From: a virus
Lineage: Duplodnaviria; Caudoviricetes
Reading direction: 5' to 3' (one strand)
Length of the DNA stretch: 64,000 nucleotides
Virus record (IMG/VR): IMGVR_UViG_3300028048_000081
Location: 1 to 64,000 of that record
Below the pieces are notes generated by a model, which saw only the letters and a program-made list of their open reading frames with translations, did no database searches and was not told where the DNA came from. The translations under genes were made by a program, and so were the position numbers. Below, piece by piece: positions 37,688 through 48,945 of this stretch (the first letter of the stretch is position 1; each line of letters opens with the position of its first letter).

Positions 37688-39280
37688 ATGTCTGATAGAA
37701 ACCGTCTTTCAGCGGGAGATTATCTAGTTCCTTTACCAGAAGGAATACAGATCACATTACAATATGATGATCAGGGAGTAATCAAAAAGATATTTAGAGG
37801 ATACGAATCTAACGAAGTTTTAGAAGACTGTTCTGATATGTTTTTAGATCCTCTTGTATCTAATAAATTAATTCCAAATTTGATACCACTTAAACATGGG
37901 GCAACATATATTGAGGGAGTATTGAATACAAGTAATGAATGTTACGATTCGGGAGAACTTCCTGAATGTATTCAAGACAGTTTACAAAGTATGTTTTTAA
38001 AAGATCCTAATAGTTTTAAATTCTTTGCAATAAGTGTAAGAAGTTTAACTGCTATGTTTAGAGGATCAATAGCTGTAAGACAGTGGTTGAATTTTGTTAA
38101 ATTTAATCTACCCCCTGGATATCTTATTCCAGCAAAATTGGAGGGTACAGATGACAGCTATTTAACAAAATTGGAAGATCTTATAGGAGGAAGTAAGTAT
38201 ATATTTAATTATCCTAGGATACCAGAATATGTAATATTTCATAATCAGAATATGTTACACGGAACTTTTCATATAAAACAGACATCTATAAAGAAGATAG
38301 AAAAGATTGTAAACCATTCTGGTGTAATATCTGCAGAGTTACATACAGATTTAGGAAAAATTATTGTTCCTTATTCCAGTGTTGTTAATTTTGACCTTAA
38401 GAAGTCATCAAACATATTGTTAGATGAGTATGATAACATATTATATTCTAACTATTCTGGAAGATATAAGAATAAACATGCATCTAGTAGAATAACATGT
38501 GATTTTTGTGGGAAGATAATTGATGTACCAAAAACTGGTGTTGTAACTTGTTCGGATCCAAATTGCAATTCGAGATTGTATCCTAGAATAGAACAGTTCT
38601 TGACAACATTAAAACTTCCAATAATTTCATATGATAGATATAGAGAAATAACAGATAATGAAGGACCGGGATTTTCTATTCCAGATATACTTCTTATACA
38701 AGAATTTGAAGATGCAGATATTTCTGTAAGTCCTTCTGATCTTTTGAGAGCAATTGTTCCTATGTATGTTGAACCAGATTCTTCTCATATAAACAGATAC
38801 TGTAACAGCTGTAAAAATTCAATACACACTATTGAATACTACTTATCCCATCCGGAGAAGATTGAATTTGATTTAGGAGAAGATATATACAGATGTTCAA
38901 AGCATATTGTAAACTGGTTCGTTCAGTATCCTGAAAATCTTGTTGATTTTCAAACATTATTATATGATAAGAAAGTAAACGTAGATTCTCAAAATAAGAT
39001 GTTTAATGGACCACAGATATTTAGAAATAAAAATATTATGTTGACTGGTACTTTTTATCATGGTAGTGTTTCTGATATAGAATCAATACTTAAAAGTTAT
39101 GGAGGGTCAGTTGTTTCTGATTTCAATAACAAAGTAGATTGTATAATAATTGGAGGATTGCAAGAAAGAACAGATGGGAGTATAATAAGAGAGGGAAGAA
39201 ATAAACGAATTCCGATATTTGAAGAACAACAATTTTTTACTCAGTATGATATTGAATCAGATATGGCTGAGAACCTTTAA
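37688..39280 (+). CDS. NAD-dependent DNA ligase-like protein lacking the catalytic KxDG lysine
   Basis: PLPEGIQITLQYDDQG...FRG, CDFC...C..C zinc finger, C-terminal BRCT (IMLTGTF...LKSYGG...EEQQF). Confidence 0.7.
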   Translation: MSDRNRLSAGDYLVPLPEGIQITLQYDDQGVIKKIFRGYESNEVLEDCSDMFLDPLVSNKLIPNLIPLKHGATYIEGVLNTSNECYDSGELPECIQDSLQSMFLKDPNSFKFFAISVRSLTAMFRGSIAVRQWLNFVKFNLPPGYLIPAKLEGTDDSYLTKLEDLIGGSKYIFNYPRIPEYVIFHNQNMLHGTFHIKQTSIKKIEKIVNHSGVISAELHTDLGKIIVPYSSVVNFDLKKSSNILLDEYDNILYSNYSGRYKNKHASSRITCDFCGKIIDVPKTGVVTCSDPNCNSRLYPRIEQFLTTLKLPIISYDRYREITDNEGPGFSIPDILLIQEFEDADISVSPSDLLRAIVPMYVEPDSSHINRYCNSCKNSIHTIEYYLSHPEKIEFDLGEDIYRCSKHIVNWFVQYPENLVDFQTLLYDKKVNVDSQNKMFNGPQIFRNKNIMLTGTFYHGSVSDIESILKSYGGSVVSDFNNKVDCIIIGGLQERTDGSIIREGRNKRIPIFEEQQFFTQYDIESDMAENL

Positions 39281-39303
39281 TAGTAACGAGGAGGTGACAG
39301 ATT

Positions 39304-40803
39304 TTGGCTAACAAATGGTGGGATAGATTAGTAACCCGAAAGACAAAATATTCTGGTGTTACATCTTATCTTCGTGAATTAGTAACAGGATCATTATACA
39401 AAGTATCAGATATGCGATCAGATTCTAGTATATCTGATATAAAAACTCAGATTGATACGATGCGTGCATTATCCAGGGACTCTCAGATAAGTACTGCATT
39501 ATCATATTATGCAACAGATGCAACTACTACGAATACTGCAGGTCATGTAATATGGGCAACAGCAACTGATGATTCTTCAGAAGACATAGCTGAAGTAATA
39601 AATGGGTTGTTTGCAAAATGGAATGTAGATGCATACGCAAGGGACCACATATTAGAGTTGGCAACAATAGGAAATCTATACATACCTACAACTTATATGT
39701 ATAAAGAGGATACTAGAAATCAATCTAACATAGGAGTAGTATTAGATAATAATACTATTCTAGATGAAGATTTTGATATAGTCCCTTCTTATAAGATACC
39801 TCCGGAATCAATTGTTCATTTATGGCAGAAAGGGGAACCAAAAGGGTTCATATTAGATCCAGATTCAGATAATATGAATTCTTCTGAAAGATTGATACTT
39901 CCTGAATCTGCATGTATACATTTTGCATTAGGTGGATTACTAGGAGATTATACACTTGATACTGAAGATAGTGAGGGGAATGAAGTTGAATATGATATTC
40001 AATTTGCAACTCCTATGTTATCTCAAGCAGTTCAACCTACACAAACATTACAGTTATTAGAAGATGCTAATATACTTTCGTCATTAACCAGAACAATCAA
40101 ATTTATACATGTTGAATGTGGTACTCAAGAAGAAGAAATTCGAGAATCTTTACAACAAATAAAAGATGCAATAGAGCAACAGATTTCTTTAAATACTGCT
40201 ACCGGAGATACACAGAGTTTTGTTAATCCACAGAGTCCTAATAACTTGATATATCTTCCGAAAATAAATGGAAATGAAGCATTAACAATTACAGATTTAA
40301 ATATGGCAGAATCAACCGATGCCGATAATAAACTTTTAGAGTATTATCAGGATAAAAAGTTATCTGTATTAGGTGTACCTAAAGAGGCAATGAACTACTC
40401 TTCAAATGAAGGATTGGGTGGTGCTGGAACAGTAATGTCACAAAGATCTGCATTGTATGCAAATCTACTTGATAGACTTGAAACTTCATATATGGCAGGT
40501 TGGAAACAAGCACTCAACAAATATTTCTTAGAAAGAAATCTTTCAGGATTCATTGATAAATTTGAACTTCACATGCAGCCTATCATAACCACACAGAGTA
40601 CCGTTCAATTTGAGAAACGTGATGCTGCATTATCTCAAGCTTCTGCAGCAATACAGATGCTCAAAGATATAGGAGTTAAAGATACTGATTCGTACTTGAG
40701 TGCATTAACAGAAATATTAACAGAGGTATTTCCACAGATGGGTGCTGAGTCTTCTACCTGGCATGCTGAAATAAATACAGAATCTGAAGGGGGTGGATTT
40801 TAA
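39304..40803 (+). CDS. portal protein
   Basis: 499 aa after terL; YYQDKKLSVLGVPK motif; TTG start after GAGGAGGTG. Confidence 0.75.
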   Translation: MANKWWDRLVTRKTKYSGVTSYLRELVTGSLYKVSDMRSDSSISDIKTQIDTMRALSRDSQISTALSYYATDATTTNTAGHVIWATATDDSSEDIAEVINGLFAKWNVDAYARDHILELATIGNLYIPTTYMYKEDTRNQSNIGVVLDNNTILDEDFDIVPSYKIPPESIVHLWQKGEPKGFILDPDSDNMNSSERLILPESACIHFALGGLLGDYTLDTEDSEGNEVEYDIQFATPMLSQAVQPTQTLQLLEDANILSSLTRTIKFIHVECGTQEEEIRESLQQIKDAIEQQISLNTATGDTQSFVNPQSPNNLIYLPKINGNEALTITDLNMAESTDADNKLLEYYQDKKLSVLGVPKEAMNYSSNEGLGGAGTVMSQRSALYANLLDRLETSYMAGWKQALNKYFLERNLSGFIDKFELHMQPIITTQSTVQFEKRDAALSQASAAIQMLKDIGVKDTDSYLSALTEILTEVFPQMGAESSTWHAEINTESEGGGF

Positions 40804-40805
40804 CA

Positions 40806-41177
40806 ATGTTATCTAGTTTAGAATTAGTTACTCTTTTCTTTCATGATTTGAAAGAATATAATTCTACTAATTTTCGTACTATTCAGAAAGCAGATCTTAC
40901 AAAAGATAATGCAACAGTACACAAAGCATTTTCTAGTGCAGTAACTAGATATTTCATATTTGCTGAAAGACATCCAGAAATATCAGAGACTGAGAGAAAT
41001 CTTCTTTATTTTAAATTGAAGATAGATATGGTTGCTCAATATTTTAGCGAATATCCTGATACAAATTTAGATCTGCTCAAAGCATTTCAATTAGAACTTC
41101 AACAGCATGTTAGGCGTGAACAAAGTTTAAGGAAGGGAGAACAATCAGATGACACAGATGATGCCGTTGCGGTATAA
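40806..41177 (+). CDS. hypothetical protein
   Basis: 123 aa ORF in morphogenesis operon. Confidence 0.7.
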   Translation: MLSSLELVTLFFHDLKEYNSTNFRTIQKADLTKDNATVHKAFSSAVTRYFIFAERHPEISETERNLLYFKLKIDMVAQYFSEYPDTNLDLLKAFQLELQQHVRREQSLRKGEQSDDTDDAVAV

Positions 41178-41775
41178 GATATATAATTGGGAACAATTAT
41201 CTGAGTGTAAATCAAACAACAGTAGAGATTTGCATATTGTAGTAACCCATGTGTTAGATGATGATGATTTTTCTGGATTAAAAATTTCAGTTGTTCATCC
41301 TAAATATGGAACTTTGTTCTCTCATGTTATACAATGCAGTGGAAGTTTAGTTACAGATGATGAGGAAACAGGAATACCTCATGAATTTTCTTATGACGAA
41401 TTAATTAAAGAGTTATACAAATATGGATTTGATGTTGAATTCAGTATGAGATTAAAACTTCCAGTATCTGTTGTTGAGTATCTTATGACGATAAGATCTC
41501 TCAAATATGAAAAGTTACGTATAATAAATATAAAAGAAGCATATTATGATAAAGATGATGTTTTAGAACAATATTATATAGTAGCATTCATGCCTCATGA
41601 ATTAAGTAATTGGATGAATAATCTTTACATGCCTTCAAAGACAGAATTCATGGATGCTTTGGTCAAAGGTTATGCTTGTAATGTTTCTAAATCACCAGAA
41701 GGAAAACATCTGAATTGGTCTTGGGTAGACGGTGTACTGAATATTGATGATATATTGGAAGAAATATCGGAGTAG
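41149..41775 (+). CDS. hypothetical protein
   Basis: 208 aa ORF. Confidence 0.7.
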   Translation: MTQMMPLRYKIYNWEQLSECKSNNSRDLHIVVTHVLDDDDFSGLKISVVHPKYGTLFSHVIQCSGSLVTDDEETGIPHEFSYDELIKELYKYGFDVEFSMRLKLPVSVVEYLMTIRSLKYEKLRIINIKEAYYDKDDVLEQYYIVAFMPHELSNWMNNLYMPSKTEFMDALVKGYACNVSKSPEGKHLNWSWVDGVLNIDDILEEISE

Positions 41776-41777
41776 AT

Positions 41778-42314
41778 ATGAGTAAGCGATTAATAGAATC
41801 AGATGTAAAACTGATGAGATTGAGATACGATGAAGCATTAGAAATGCAGGGAATTGAAGCAAAATATCAATATCCTAACATTTCTGATCCTAATGGTCTA
41901 GGGGAAACTATTATTGATAGCTATTCTGATATGGTTGATACTTATGTATTTTTTGATGGTTCTCCGAAGATAAAAACGCTCAAGAGATTTGGCTGGGTAG
42001 TAGATAATGATTCAGATTTACCATTTTTGATACATTGTAGTTTTCAGTTACCACATCTACAAAAGGATTGTTTGTTTAGATTATCTGGGCATTATAGTGA
42101 AGTTCCAGATAGAACATTTAAGGTTACAGAAATATCATATGATCCGGAAGCACCAGATCATTTAGTTTGTCAAATAGTTCCAGTATACGATGATAAACCT
42201 ACAGGGAGAACAAGGAAAGAAGAACAGAAAACATTTAATACATCTCATCATTTCTTATCTGATAATACAGATTATCGTGGAGATTATCATAAAACAAAGG
42301 AGGATGTCGAATGA
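41778..42314 (+). CDS. putative head-closure/neck protein
   Basis: position and LKRFGW...FKVTEI pattern. Confidence 0.45.
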   Translation: MSKRLIESDVKLMRLRYDEALEMQGIEAKYQYPNISDPNGLGETIIDSYSDMVDTYVFFDGSPKIKTLKRFGWVVDNDSDLPFLIHCSFQLPHLQKDCLFRLSGHYSEVPDRTFKVTEISYDPEAPDHLVCQIVPVYDDKPTGRTRKEEQKTFNTSHHFLSDNTDYRGDYHKTKEDVE

Positions 42315-42898
42315 TATATCTTTATGATAGGGCAATATGCGAAGATCTTAATAAATCTTTTAACAATAAAAAGAGTGTAGTTCAAGTTATAGATCCAGAA
42401 GGTGCAATAAATATACTTGCGCAGATCCAAAATGACGAAATACATTATCCTGCTGTTTGCCTTAAGCGACTAGATAATCAAATAGATAATGGCAGACTTA
42501 ATTTTTCTAGAGCACAAAAAGGCTTTGGTGCAGTATTTGATGAGAAAGATAATATATATTATCTTGAAAAATCAATTCCAATTGATTTATCCTATGAACT
42601 TCATATATATACTACAAATACAGTAGATATGGATGAACTCATCCGCGAATTGATATTCAAATACACTAACATGTATTTTCTTACTATTAAATTACCTTAT
42701 GAAAGTAAGAGAAAAATAAGGTTTGGTGTTAGTGTAGATACTGATGCAGGAATTTCTCACACGTCCGGAACATTTGACTATCTTAGTGCAGGAAAATTAT
42801 ATGAATCTATACTAACATTAAAGTGTGATGGATGTATAATGTTAACATATGATGGTTCTAAATTACAGAGGACAGAACACAAGGTTATTCCTGAATAA
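42311..42898 (+). CDS. putative tail completion/terminator protein
   Basis: YPAVCLKR...IPIDLSYELHIYT...MDELIREL; precedes sheath. Confidence 0.55.
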   Translation: MIYLYDRAICEDLNKSFNNKKSVVQVIDPEGAINILAQIQNDEIHYPAVCLKRLDNQIDNGRLNFSRAQKGFGAVFDEKDNIYYLEKSIPIDLSYELHIYTTNTVDMDELIRELIFKYTNMYFLTIKLPYESKRKIRFGVSVDTDAGISHTSGTFDYLSAGKLYESILTLKCDGCIMLTYDGSKLQRTEHKVIPE

Positions 42899-42940
42899 TA
42901 TGTAATTTGAACCTTATATAACTATGAAAAGGAGGTAAGC

Positions 42941-43312
42941 ATGATAAAATATAAAAACTTATCCTCTTCCATAAAAACGTTTTATGGAATAAAATTTAGA
43001 CCTGGAGAAGTTCATTCAGTTCCGGGTCCAATCAACCATAAGAAGTTTATTCGGATTCCAGTATCTCAGGAACTTCCTAAGAACGTAAAAGCAAGCAGTA
43101 AGAACTATTCTTGGAAACCTTCGGAAAAGAAATCACAGGATAAAGTAACTGCTGAATCAATGAAAGAGACGAAGAAAGAATCAGAAGATAAGGAAACTCA
43201 TCATAAGAGGCCATATCATAGAAGAAAGACTGAATCGGATTCGTCTAACACGGATAAATCTTCAATTCAGAAACCAGTAGAAACTAAAGAAGAAGAAGGA
43301 GGAAAAGAATAA
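42941..43312 (+). CDS. small protein with charged low-complexity tail
   Basis: AGGAGG RBS after AACCTT motif. Confidence 0.7.
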   Translation: MIKYKNLSSSIKTFYGIKFRPGEVHSVPGPINHKKFIRIPVSQELPKNVKASSKNYSWKPSEKKSQDKVTAESMKETKKESEDKETHHKRPYHRRKTESDSSNTDKSSIQKPVETKEEEGGKE

Positions 43313-45729
43313 TGGCGCAAATAGTTATAAATGAAGTAAGCCAAAATTATTCATATAATATTGGTAATAACTCATTTGCTACTGTTGCTCTCCCTATTAC
43401 AGCATGCTGGGGTCCAGGATACTTTGAGCCGGATACTAATGAAGGCGAAGAGGTAGATCGTGAAGAAATGTTGGAATACACTGCTTGGCAAAGATTTCCA
43501 GCAAATCAAACAGGACTTGAGTCATTTGTTTCAACATATAGGGGTCCAGCAACAAATTACAGACTTACTCAGGATTATTCGTACCAGATGGCAATGACAC
43601 TTATGACTGCGGGGTATGATGTTCTTACATGCAGATTATCCCCAGGAATAAAATCGGAAGGTCTTTTGATGACAAAAGATAAATCCGGTTCTGTTCATGT
43701 TAAGGCTAAGTATCCTGGAACATTTGGTAATAATCTCCGGGTAGAGATTAAAAAGTTTTCTTATAAGAAACGTCAGAATGGTCAATATGTAAATGGGTAC
43801 TATTGGAATCTCATTACATCGATAATTGATGATTCTGGAATTAAAACATCTTTAGAGAATAAGACTTTTGTATTCCAGATTGAAAATGCTTCAGATACTA
43901 TTGTACATTGGAGTGAAATTGATTCTAATTTCATTGATCTTGAAGTAGACGGTACTATATTAGATGCAGAAACAACTGAATTTGATTTTGTAGATAACGA
44001 AGGTAAACAGATACCGGAAGATAAACGTCTTAGTGCAATTCCTTATACAGACCTTATTGGAGGAACTGATAAGGCTGCTAATCCTGAGATAGATGCTGAA
44101 GTTCAAGCTGCATTTGATGCTGCAGAAGAAGCATTTGAGCCTTATAAATCTCTGTTTGATGATAATCCAGAGAATCATGAATTGGAAATTGCATATGCAA
44201 ATGCTGCTGAAGAATATAATACTGCTAAGACAGCTTACAAAACTGCAACAGGACTTGATTTTGATGAAACTACTACTGTTGAAGCTGCGGAAGCAGATGC
44301 AGAAAGTAAGAAGGATGCACATGATGCTGCAATAGAAGTTCCAGAAGATGAAAGAACAGATGAACAGAAAGCTGCAATAAAAGCATATGAAGATGCACTT
44401 CTTAATGTATCTGCTGCTCAAGCATATAAGGATAAAGTAGATGCTAAAGCTGAATTAGATGCTGCAGTAGAAGGGCCTGCAGCAGATGCTCTTGCAGCAT
44501 ATGAAGATGCAAAGATTGCATTAGAAAGTTCTGTATTTGATCAGCTCATGGAACAAGCAATTGATCTTGCGGAGTCTAGATATGAATATGATGGATCCGA
44601 TTATTCTGGATACAGATATCTTTCATGTCTTGCAGATTTTGCAGGGGGCGGATCGAATGATGTTGTTAAAGCAAGTAATATCAGGTATCTTGAATGGCTG
44701 TATACAAACGCAGTAGGATATAAAACTTCAACAGGACAGGTAGAAGGTGTTTATGATCTTCTGAAAGATAAACTTACTTACAATCCTAATAGAATTGCAA
44801 GTCCGGGTTGGGATGATCAGAACATCAGATACATAACAGATGAAGATGATTTATATGATGATCTCAGATTGTCACCTCTTTCGTTGAAGATTTTAGATGT
44901 TGCATATTACAGTAGATGTGCAACAGGAATGATTGATATTCCAAGGAGTCTTAAGAGATCCAAAGTTTACAACGATGATATTGATCCGGATAAAGAAGGA
45001 TATGTTCAGAAGTTAGCAAGATACATACCTGATGATACTGCAGGAGATGTAAATGGGTCGCTTTATCAGTCTCATTCAGCTATATTTGGCCCTTGGGGCA
45101 AATATACATATGTAGGGACAAGTAAACAAGCAATCGCTTCTCCGTCATTCCTTGCACTTATGATTCAAAGAGCACAGATTTTGAATCAGGCAAATCAATT
45201 TGAGTGGGCACTTCCGACAAACAGAAAGCATAATCTCAGAATTGGAAAGATGGATTACAATGTTCCAAAGAAACTTTTGGATACATGGCAAACTCTTGAA
45301 GGAGTAGGTGTAAACGTAATTACAACTATTCCGGATCTTGGAACTAACATCTGGGGTAATTCAACATTGTTCGAAGTACCTCCTGCAACATATCAAGCAC
45401 TTGCGAATCTGTCAACAAGATATCTTGTAAATGCGATAGAAGATGTCATTTACAGAGTAGGAATTGGAATAACATTCAGTTATAATAATGACCAAGCATA
45501 CAATAAATTCTATGCAGGATGTACTCCAATCTTAGATACGATGAAGAATGTCGGAGCAATCGATGATTACTACGTAAAGATGTCGGCAGATATAAACGGA
45601 CTTGATCATGTAAATGCTAATTCCGTAATCGGAAAAGTTTATCTTGTGGTCAATGGAGTTATAAACGATATCACCTGTGATCTTGTTGCACTTCCGCCGG
45701 GGGTAGATCTTAACCAGTTTAGAGGATAA
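43312..45729 (+). CDS. tail sheath protein with Ala/Glu-rich helical insertion
   Basis: AKYPGTFGNNLRVEI, IWGNSTL, NLSTRYL, GAIDDYYV. Confidence 0.85.
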   Translation: MAQIVINEVSQNYSYNIGNNSFATVALPITACWGPGYFEPDTNEGEEVDREEMLEYTAWQRFPANQTGLESFVSTYRGPATNYRLTQDYSYQMAMTLMTAGYDVLTCRLSPGIKSEGLLMTKDKSGSVHVKAKYPGTFGNNLRVEIKKFSYKKRQNGQYVNGYYWNLITSIIDDSGIKTSLENKTFVFQIENASDTIVHWSEIDSNFIDLEVDGTILDAETTEFDFVDNEGKQIPEDKRLSAIPYTDLIGGTDKAANPEIDAEVQAAFDAAEEAFEPYKSLFDDNPENHELEIAYANAAEEYNTAKTAYKTATGLDFDETTTVEAAEADAESKKDAHDAAIEVPEDERTDEQKAAIKAYEDALLNVSAAQAYKDKVDAKAELDAAVEGPAADALAAYEDAKIALESSVFDQLMEQAIDLAESRYEYDGSDYSGYRYLSCLADFAGGGSNDVVKASNIRYLEWLYTNAVGYKTSTGQVEGVYDLLKDKLTYNPNRIASPGWDDQNIRYITDEDDLYDDLRLSPLSLKILDVAYYSRCATGMIDIPRSLKRSKVYNDDIDPDKEGYVQKLARYIPDDTAGDVNGSLYQSHSAIFGPWGKYTYVGTSKQAIASPSFLALMIQRAQILNQANQFEWALPTNRKHNLRIGKMDYNVPKKLLDTWQTLEGVGVNVITTIPDLGTNIWGNSTLFEVPPATYQALANLSTRYLVNAIEDVIYRVGIGITFSYNNDQAYNKFYAGCTPILDTMKNVGAIDDYYVKMSADINGLDHVNANSVIGKVYLVVNGVINDITCDLVALPPGVDLNQFRG

Positions 45730-45756
45730 AATACACTTCTAATAAGGTCGTTATAA

Positions 45757-45790
45757 ATATAGTAGGTGAGGATTCACCTACTATATTTTA
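45757..45790 (+). terminator. intrinsic terminator
   Basis: ATATAGTAGGTGA-ggat-TCACCTACTATAT then Ts. Confidence 0.75.
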
Positions 45791-45856
45791 TTATTATATC
45801 ATATTGTTTGAACCTTGTATATTTGTAGATGATACTGTATAAAATGAGGATAGGAT

Positions 45857-48800
45857 ATGAATGATAAAACCCCAGTTAAATTTGTAGATATTACAGAAAC
45901 TCAATATTTAGCACTTACTACAAAAGATCCCGGAACAGTATATTTTGTACATGGGTCTAGTGGTAACAGACTTTATGTGGGAAATTCTGAATGGTGTTAT
46001 AACGTAGTTGATTATGATGATCTAACCGATAAGCCCTCTATAAATGGAGTTACACTATCTGGCAGTAAAACTTCTGATGATCTTAAATTGCAAGATAAGA
46101 TGGTAGTACTTTCATATGGTCATTCTACTTGGGCAGAATTTGATTTAGATTATCATGAAAATGCAGTTGTCTATTGTCGAGCTTCATCTAACTCAGATCC
46201 TGCTACAGGGTCTCAAACAAGACTTGCTTTTATGGCATATGTTAACAGCGGAGATAATCCTACTGAAGTAGAATTTCAATACTATAGATCAGTAGCTACA
46301 CACAGCGCAACTCAGCAAGGAGATCAAGTATATGTCTATAAACTTAATAAAACAAATGGTTGGAGTGTAACAGTTAGAGAAGCATGTATAAAGATTGCTG
46401 CAGGTGGAGATATAACTCAATCTTTTGCAAATAATACGCTTACACTTTCTGCTACTGCTCAAAGTTTAGGGGCAGTATCTACATCAGATGTAGGAGTAGC
46501 CGACGGAGTTGCTGAATTAGATAGTAACGGAAAAGTTCCTACCTCCCAACTTCCTTCTTATGTAGATGATGTTTTGGAATATAACAGTCTTTCTGATTTT
46601 CCATCTGAAGGAGAGACCGGAAAGATTTATATTGCTCTAGATACAAATATAACATATAGATGGAGTGGAAGTGCTTATGTAGAGATTTCTCCATCTCTTG
46701 CTTTAGGAGAAACAAGTTCTACTGCATACAGAGGAGATAGGGGTGCTGCTGCATATGCACATTCTGTTACAAATAAAGGAAGTGCATTCAGTAGTGGTAT
46801 GTATAAAATTACTACTAATTCTGAAGGGCATGTGACCGCAGCAACATCTGTTGCAAAAAGTGATATAACAGGATTGGGAATACAGGAGGAATTAACTTCT
46901 GGAACTAATATTAAAACAATAAACAATCAAAGTATATTAGGATCTGGAAATCTGTCCATAAGTGGTGGAGTATCAGATGTAACTGTAGATGGAACATCAG
47001 TTGTTTCTGGTGGAGTAGCGGCAATTGATTTAAGTGATTATGTTGCAGAAGACTCTAATGGTGATATAACTATAACACGCGATGTTATTGCTAGTAGAGA
47101 TGTTCAAGCAGACGGCTCGATTTCAAGTAATACAGGAATAAGCACAGCAGGAACTATATTATCCGAAGGAGGAATAACAGATTCTGATGGTACAAATACA
47201 GTAGATATTAGCAGTGGAGGAATTATCACAACAGGAGATGTAAGTGTAGGAGGAGATCTTACAGCCGGTGGAGACGTTGAAGACGGAAGTGGAAATATTC
47301 TCTCTGATAAAGCAGACCTTGCAGATATTCCAGGAGAAGCCACTTCTTCTACCACAGGAACAATTAAATTAAATCCGAATGAATCAATTGATTTAAATGC
47401 TAGTGGGCAGTTAACAGTAGGCGGCCGCCTTGGACAATTCACAAACGGAGGTCTTTATTATCCTACTTCTTCAGATCCTACTAACGTCGGGAACTATTCT
47501 TTACTTATTAGTGAAGGTAAAGGATTATCTACTGCGCATAGGGCCTTCATTGTTGCGGGTGGTACTAATGTAACATTAAAGACAACTGCTGCTGCTGGAG
47601 CAACACAGTATGTTGTTTCTAATACTTCAAATAATAGGTTTGCTTGTTCTTCATTTCGTGGAGGACGTCTTGCTGTTAGTGAAGCTGAAGCAAAGAATAA
47701 AACTGTTGAAATATTGTCTGTTCAATTTCAAAATGGAGGGGATGTAATTCCCTACTCTGGGGGAACAGACTCTAGTAATAATATAATCATAACTGTAGAT
47801 GAGTCCCTTAATCCCAGTGGAACACTGTCATCTGTAAGAGGATATGGTACTTGGACTGCATCAGATACCATAAGTTCTGGACAAGGAAATAGATCAACTG
47901 GTGGTAAAACATTACAAGTAGGGCAATCATTAACAAATGACGGCGGTAATCAAGTGTTAATGGTTGGTAATAGACTTTATAATACGAGTAATTCATCTAC
48001 ATTATTCGGATATGACCATATAAATAAAGTTCAACAAGCTTTTATGTCTGGTCAAGGACACGATTCTACTAATGGTGTAAAAGGTGTTACTGCATTTGGT
48101 ACTTGGAGTGTAATTGATTCAAGTACTATGTTTGTAATCGGAGACGGTTCAAGTTCGAGTGCGAGACATAATGTATTTGAAATAGATACAAATGGAGATA
48201 CTAAGGTTACACACGACCTAACAGTAGGAGAACATATAACTGCGACAGGGAACATTACTGATGGAAGTGGAAATGTCCTTGCAAATAAATTAGATGCTGG
48301 AGACGTCCCAGATGCATTAACATACTATGGAGTTTGTACTCAATCTGGAACCGGAAGGACTGTTGTTTTAGACCAAACGGGATATGAAACTTTTACACTT
48401 ACAAGAGGTGTACTTTTAAGCGTTAAATTTAGTTATGCTATTACAAGTTCTACCACTATATCTGTAGATAGTGAAAAGAGTCCTGACAGTGTAAGAATAA
48501 ATTACATGGGTAGCGCTCTTTCTCAATCAGGAATAATAACAGCTGGAGATATCGCTCTACTCCAATATGATGGCACATATTGGGAAGTTATTACAGTAAA
48601 TAGAAGAAATGTTTTAAAGGTTGGATCTAGTGGTGATATATTACAAAATAGGGGTCTATATGTAGGGACTCAAGAATTCAGTTCAGATAATATATCTATT
48701 ACACAAACAGGAACAGATTCTGCTCACACAATTGATGTTTCAAAAACAGGTTGTACACCTATTTCAATTTCTGGATTTAAAATTGAAAATGCAACATCTA

Positions 48801-48937
48801 GTGGGTCTGGTGGAGGACTTTGTTCAATGAACCAGATGTATATAAGTGGAAATACATTGAATTTCAGACTATTAAATAGAGGTACAAGCGCAGTTAAAGT
48901 AAAAGTAACATTTGACGTATTATATGTTTATAATTAA
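45857..48937 (+). CDS. fibre/appendage-like virion protein
   Basis: 1026 aa G/S/T-rich mosaic; GVAELDSNGKVP.SQLPSYVDDVLE and IKTINNQSILGSGN modules typical of fibres. Confidence 0.7.
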   Translation: MNDKTPVKFVDITETQYLALTTKDPGTVYFVHGSSGNRLYVGNSEWCYNVVDYDDLTDKPSINGVTLSGSKTSDDLKLQDKMVVLSYGHSTWAEFDLDYHENAVVYCRASSNSDPATGSQTRLAFMAYVNSGDNPTEVEFQYYRSVATHSATQQGDQVYVYKLNKTNGWSVTVREACIKIAAGGDITQSFANNTLTLSATAQSLGAVSTSDVGVADGVAELDSNGKVPTSQLPSYVDDVLEYNSLSDFPSEGETGKIYIALDTNITYRWSGSAYVEISPSLALGETSSTAYRGDRGAAAYAHSVTNKGSAFSSGMYKITTNSEGHVTAATSVAKSDITGLGIQEELTSGTNIKTINNQSILGSGNLSISGGVSDVTVDGTSVVSGGVAAIDLSDYVAEDSNGDITITRDVIASRDVQADGSISSNTGISTAGTILSEGGITDSDGTNTVDISSGGIITTGDVSVGGDLTAGGDVEDGSGNILSDKADLADIPGEATSSTTGTIKLNPNESIDLNASGQLTVGGRLGQFTNGGLYYPTSSDPTNVGNYSLLISEGKGLSTAHRAFIVAGGTNVTLKTTAAAGATQYVVSNTSNNRFACSSFRGGRLAVSEAEAKNKTVEILSVQFQNGGDVIPYSGGTDSSNNIIITVDESLNPSGTLSSVRGYGTWTASDTISSGQGNRSTGGKTLQVGQSLTNDGGNQVLMVGNRLYNTSNSSTLFGYDHINKVQQAFMSGQGHDSTNGVKGVTAFGTWSVIDSSTMFVIGDGSSSSARHNVFEIDTNGDTKVTHDLTVGEHITATGNITDGSGNVLANKLDAGDVPDALTYYGVCTQSGTGRTVVLDQTGYETFTLTRGVLLSVKFSYAITSSTTISVDSEKSPDSVRINYMGSALSQSGIITAGDIALLQYDGTYWEVITVNRRNVLKVGSSGDILQNRGLYVGTQEFSSDNISITQTGTDSAHTIDVSKTGCTPISISGFKIENATSSGSGGGLCSMNQMYISGNTLNFRLLNRGTSAVKVKVTFDVLYVYN

Positions 48938-48945
48938 GGAGGTAA

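Noticed and set aside
33337-45729. Major capsid protein and prohead protease
   Set aside because: No ORF here could be recognised as either; probably outside the window
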